From: Anthoceros angustus
Taxonomy: Eukaryota > Plantae > Anthocerotophyta
DNA length: 64,000 nt
Assembly: GCA_010909165.1 (NCBI GenBank)
Contig: MU008181.1
Location: forward strand, 620,001 to 684,000
Direction of reading: 5' to 3'
Notes under the pieces: model-generated
What the model was told of the DNA's origin: nothing
The model's database searches: none
Seen by the model: only the letters and a program-made list of their open reading frames with translations
Part shown: positions 60,910-64,000 of the stretch, piece by piece
Layout of the letters: each line of letters starts with the position of its first letter
Numbering within the stretch: the stretch's first letter is position 1
Translations under genes and position numbers: made by a program

Positions 60910-62070
60910 TAAGATGTATGCGATGGAGCACCTTCAATACAATGGTGAAAACTTTCAGCTTTTGAAGTTTCAGATGTCATTCATGTTGGGATGGTTGTGG
61001 CCTATTGTTAATGGAGACGAAGTTTTTCCTGAGCATGGAACACAAGTAAAGAAGGATAAATGGATCCTTGGGGATTACAAGGCTTTTAAGATTATCCTAA
61101 CCAGCTTGGACCAAAATCATGTTTGTATGGTGGAGGCGAAGACCTCGAGTGAAGCCTGGACTGTGTGAGGTTTGATGAACGAGCAACACAATGCTAAGAA
61201 CTTTGTCTACCTTCACTGTAAGCTTCTTTCTCTTAATGCAAGAAGGTGATTCAACTAACAAACATCTTATTAAGTTTAGTTCTGTTGTGAGTGAATTGTA
61301 AGCCTTCAATGCAAGCAAGAAGCTCTTTGAAGACCTTCAGGTGGATACTTTGTTGATGAGTCTACCTCCCTCCTATGCTCAGTTTGTACGATATGTCTTT
61401 CATGGTGAAGGACTGGCTCTTAATCAACTTCGCAAGAAGTTGCAAGTTGATGAAATTATTATGAAGAGAATGCAAAATGTTGGGACCAAGGAAGAGGCCT
61501 CAGGTGTTCGCAAGGCTTGGAACAAGAGGCTTTCATTTGCTAATGCTCGTAACAATGCCTATTCTCTTGATACTGTATCTACTATCGTTCACGGGTCATG
61601 TAAGCCCTATCAAAGGCAACCATTCCTGTGTTACTTCTGCAATGATGGATATAGAGCTAAATTCTATCGACTTTCGCTTGCTCAACAATCTTGAAGTTAT
61701 GTTGCTGCCAGAAGAGCGTGCAGGTGAACAAGCTAGTAAAGCCTCGAAGTTCTTGAGATGATGAAGCAATTTTGATTATGAGTGCTCTCTCTATGCATGA
61801 GGATGAGGATACGGCATGGTATGTTGACCCTGTTGCGATTCAACACATGTCCTTCCGTCGAGAGTGGATTTTCCTCCTACTGAGCTATTGCTAAACCTCA
61901 TCAAAAGAATTTCCTTGAAGATGATGCATATCGCCTTGTCCATAGTGTTGGAGATGTGTCCATAATGTTGTTAGTAGGTACTCAATGTCTAACTGAGGTT
62001 CTCTATGTGCCCAGGCTAGTCTTACCAAAAACCTTTTGTTGATAAGCAAATTGGCCACTGTCAATTTGCT
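60910..62070 (+). mobile_element. Degenerate Copia gag-protease fragment
   Basis: YNGENFQLLKFQM..LWPIVNG.E..KA..I..SL..AKTSSEAW; LLMSLPPSY; CYFC knuckle remnant; WYVD...HM protease remnant; EVLYVP. Confidence 0.85.
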
Positions 62071-63153
62071 GCAATGTTCTCTTGATAGTGCTTTGCCGTT
62101 GGGTGGATCTCAAGAGGTAGATCCCTGTGCTTACCAACATGTTGTAAGCAAATTAATTAATTCCCAATATTAGCCACAAACTCTACTTTCAATCCTCCCT
62201 TTTAAGGTAGGCCCTTTTGCAGGGAAGGCCCTCTCATATCCCTGACCACGATATTCTTGGAACGATAGATAGCTTCAAGATAGGCGATCATCGCGAGGCT
62301 AGTCTCCCTAGGCCTGGTGCCCTCCTATGGGGTGTTCCCCTTTGTCTCAGGGTAGATAGGATTTCCCATCTCTTTTTCTTCAATAAAGTCTCCAAGGTTT
62401 TCTTCCAATCCTCCCATCGGATAAATATGCTGCGAACAAGCGCCCTTCATCATTAAAGACGTTTCGGGGATTCTTTAAGGCCATTTCTTACCACATTGCA
62501 TTTCGATCTTGGAGACCTAAATATAAATATGGACAAGAGCTCACTGGGAATATGGGCAATGAAACACAAATTTGCTCCAGAATGGATCAGCCAGCCAGGC
62601 ACCTCTGCGGAATCTTGAGAGGAGGATCGACAAAGTCTCAAGTCGGTCGGTGGACTTAGTAGACTTCTTTGCCATTTCAGTTCCGTGATCATCCGAAGCA
62701 CACGCGCATGTACAGAATTAGACATGCACACGACTTTTGAATTGCGAGGGCATGGTTCACGAAGACCATGGGAATCACAGGTGCCATTTTTTTTCTCTGT
62801 TACTGATCAAGTTTCATCATTCCAGTTAGGCTTCTCGGAGAAGAGTACTTCACTAACTTCTGATAAAATGCCGGAACACACTTCCGCTGGATCTTTGACT
62901 GCCGGAGAGATCCTAGCACTTTTCTTGGACCTGCGTGGCACGTAGATACATGATATCAGAAGTTAAAAAGGGGAAATTTCTTGCATGAAGCAGATCGATG
63001 GGCACTCATGCAGCTTAAGATAAGACAAACAAAATTAACCAGCGTCTAACAATACTCAGAGTGAGACGTGGAACGTACAAGCTTGAACTCTTTTCTGCAC
63101 AAGTGCGATGTCAGCAGGTCCCGATTGCGCTTGTAACTCAGCTTTGAGTGGCT

Positions 63154-64000
63154 CTATTGAGACGGTTGTCCCATTTGCCCAGTTGACAAAGGTCTCCTTC
63201 CACGCCCCGCACCTGTCATCAAGCTGTTTGCCCGATTTGCGTTCTGCACGTCTATGGCAGAGCTTGTCAAACCTGTGACAGAAGTCAATGCCTGGGAATT
63301 CAACTGGGGGCTTTGTGGCCCACCTACGAAAGACCCCAATACGCCCACATTGAGCGAAGAATTCAGTGGCTGAGAGCCTAAGTGCTGCTGTGAGCTTAGC
63401 TGCTGAGGATTTGAACCTGAGTTGATTCCAAATGTCTGCCCTGAAACACCTGCCATTGTTGGATTATTTTTTGGGGAGGCAATCCCTGTACCAGCCGTTC
63501 GTTGCACGGGAACAATACCCCCCCGCCCTAAGGACTGGCCCATCATAGGCACTCCTGCTGCGCCTTGCAGCTGACTGGGCCCAACTAAGGGTGACATGGT
63601 ATCCAGAGGAGTTCTCGGAGGTTGCACAGCTCCTACGTTTCCTGTGCGGGCCCTTTGGGAAGCCATGATGCGATTCTTCGCCGCTGCCGAAAGAGTTTGA
63701 GGATTTGGAACTGCTCCTGGACGCAGCTGCTGGGCCATCAAGTTCCCAACAGCATTTGGGCCAAGAGAGCTCATGCCCAAATTTGTGAGTCCAGACAAGC
63801 CCATGATTGACCCTGTCATAGGATTCATTGATGTCATGCCTGACATACCATTCATGCCACTCAGACCTACTAGATTTCCCATTCCAGCAGGTGCACCACC
63901 ACTCATGCTAGCCATCCCATTCATTGCACCCATTCCCATAGCACCAGAGAAGAGAGCATGTTTTCTCTGCTGCAGCATTTGCGCCTGTTGATGCTGTTGT
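63154..64000 (-). CDS. PHL: C-terminal coding region of PHYTOCHROME-DEPENDENT LATE-FLOWERING / Spt20-like protein; gene continues beyond the window
   Basis: Recognised from memory of the PHL C-terminus: QQRK..GMG.M, QQLRPG..A..K.R.MA.QRA, MMGQSLGR..QR.A..PK, SPQL.SQ.L.SV..TSS..D.Q..NRANS; stop at 63154-63156. Confidence 0.75.
   Translation of the reverse strand, partial: QQHQQAQMLQQRKHALFSGAMGMGAMNGMASMSGGAPAGMGNLVGLSGMNGMSGMTSMNPMTGSIMGLSGLTNLGMSSLGPNAVGNLMAQQLRPGAVPNPQTLSAAAKNRIMASQRARTGNVGAVQPPRTPLDTMSPLVGPSQLQGAAGVPMMGQSLGRGGIVPVQRTAGTGIASPKNNPTMAGVSGQTFGINSGSNPQQLSSQQHLGSQPLNSSLNVGVLGSFVGGPQSPQLNSQALTSVTGLTSSAIDVQNANRANSLMTGAGRGRRPLSTGQMGQPSQ

Noticed and set aside
62453-62731. L1 LINE zf-RVT remnant (FVFHCPYSQ)
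   Set aside because: One short motif amid stops; insufficient to classify.
63154-64000. Novel prion-like Gly/Met/Gln protein
   Set aside because: Motif blocks match the C-terminus of the conserved PHL/Spt20-like protein.

Overview
Eukaryotic land-plant nuclear DNA, probably from a compact-intron non-seed plant (inference; the species cannot be determined from sequence alone). Intact host genes: an ATL RING-H2 E3 ligase (3566-4123), an RBR E3 ligase with a degenerate N-terminal RNase H-like domain and a C-terminal CCCH finger (~41990-44068), a small plastid-type membrane protein with a GC-AG intron, an RNase HI, a class III peroxidase, and the 3' end of a PHL/Spt20-like gene. SAUR and F-box pseudogenes are also present. 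Positions ~7100-41500 are a nested transposon stack. A 30-bp-satellite-bearing element flanks a 5'-truncated Copia. That Copia was hit by (i) a 9.6-kb Sola-like DDD DNA transposon with a TTAA TSD and ~33-bp TIRs and (ii) an Athila/OTA-like Ty3 element with ~4.4-kb LTRs and a GTTGG TSD. Best find: the Sola-like transposon carries, divergent from its transposase, a frameshifted beta-class N4-cytosine/N6-adenine DNA methyltransferase domain (~14500-15060, minus strand). The repeat stack contains many 1-3 nt deletions and an interleaved mosaic duplication that look like consensus or assembly error, so its frameshifts may not be biological.
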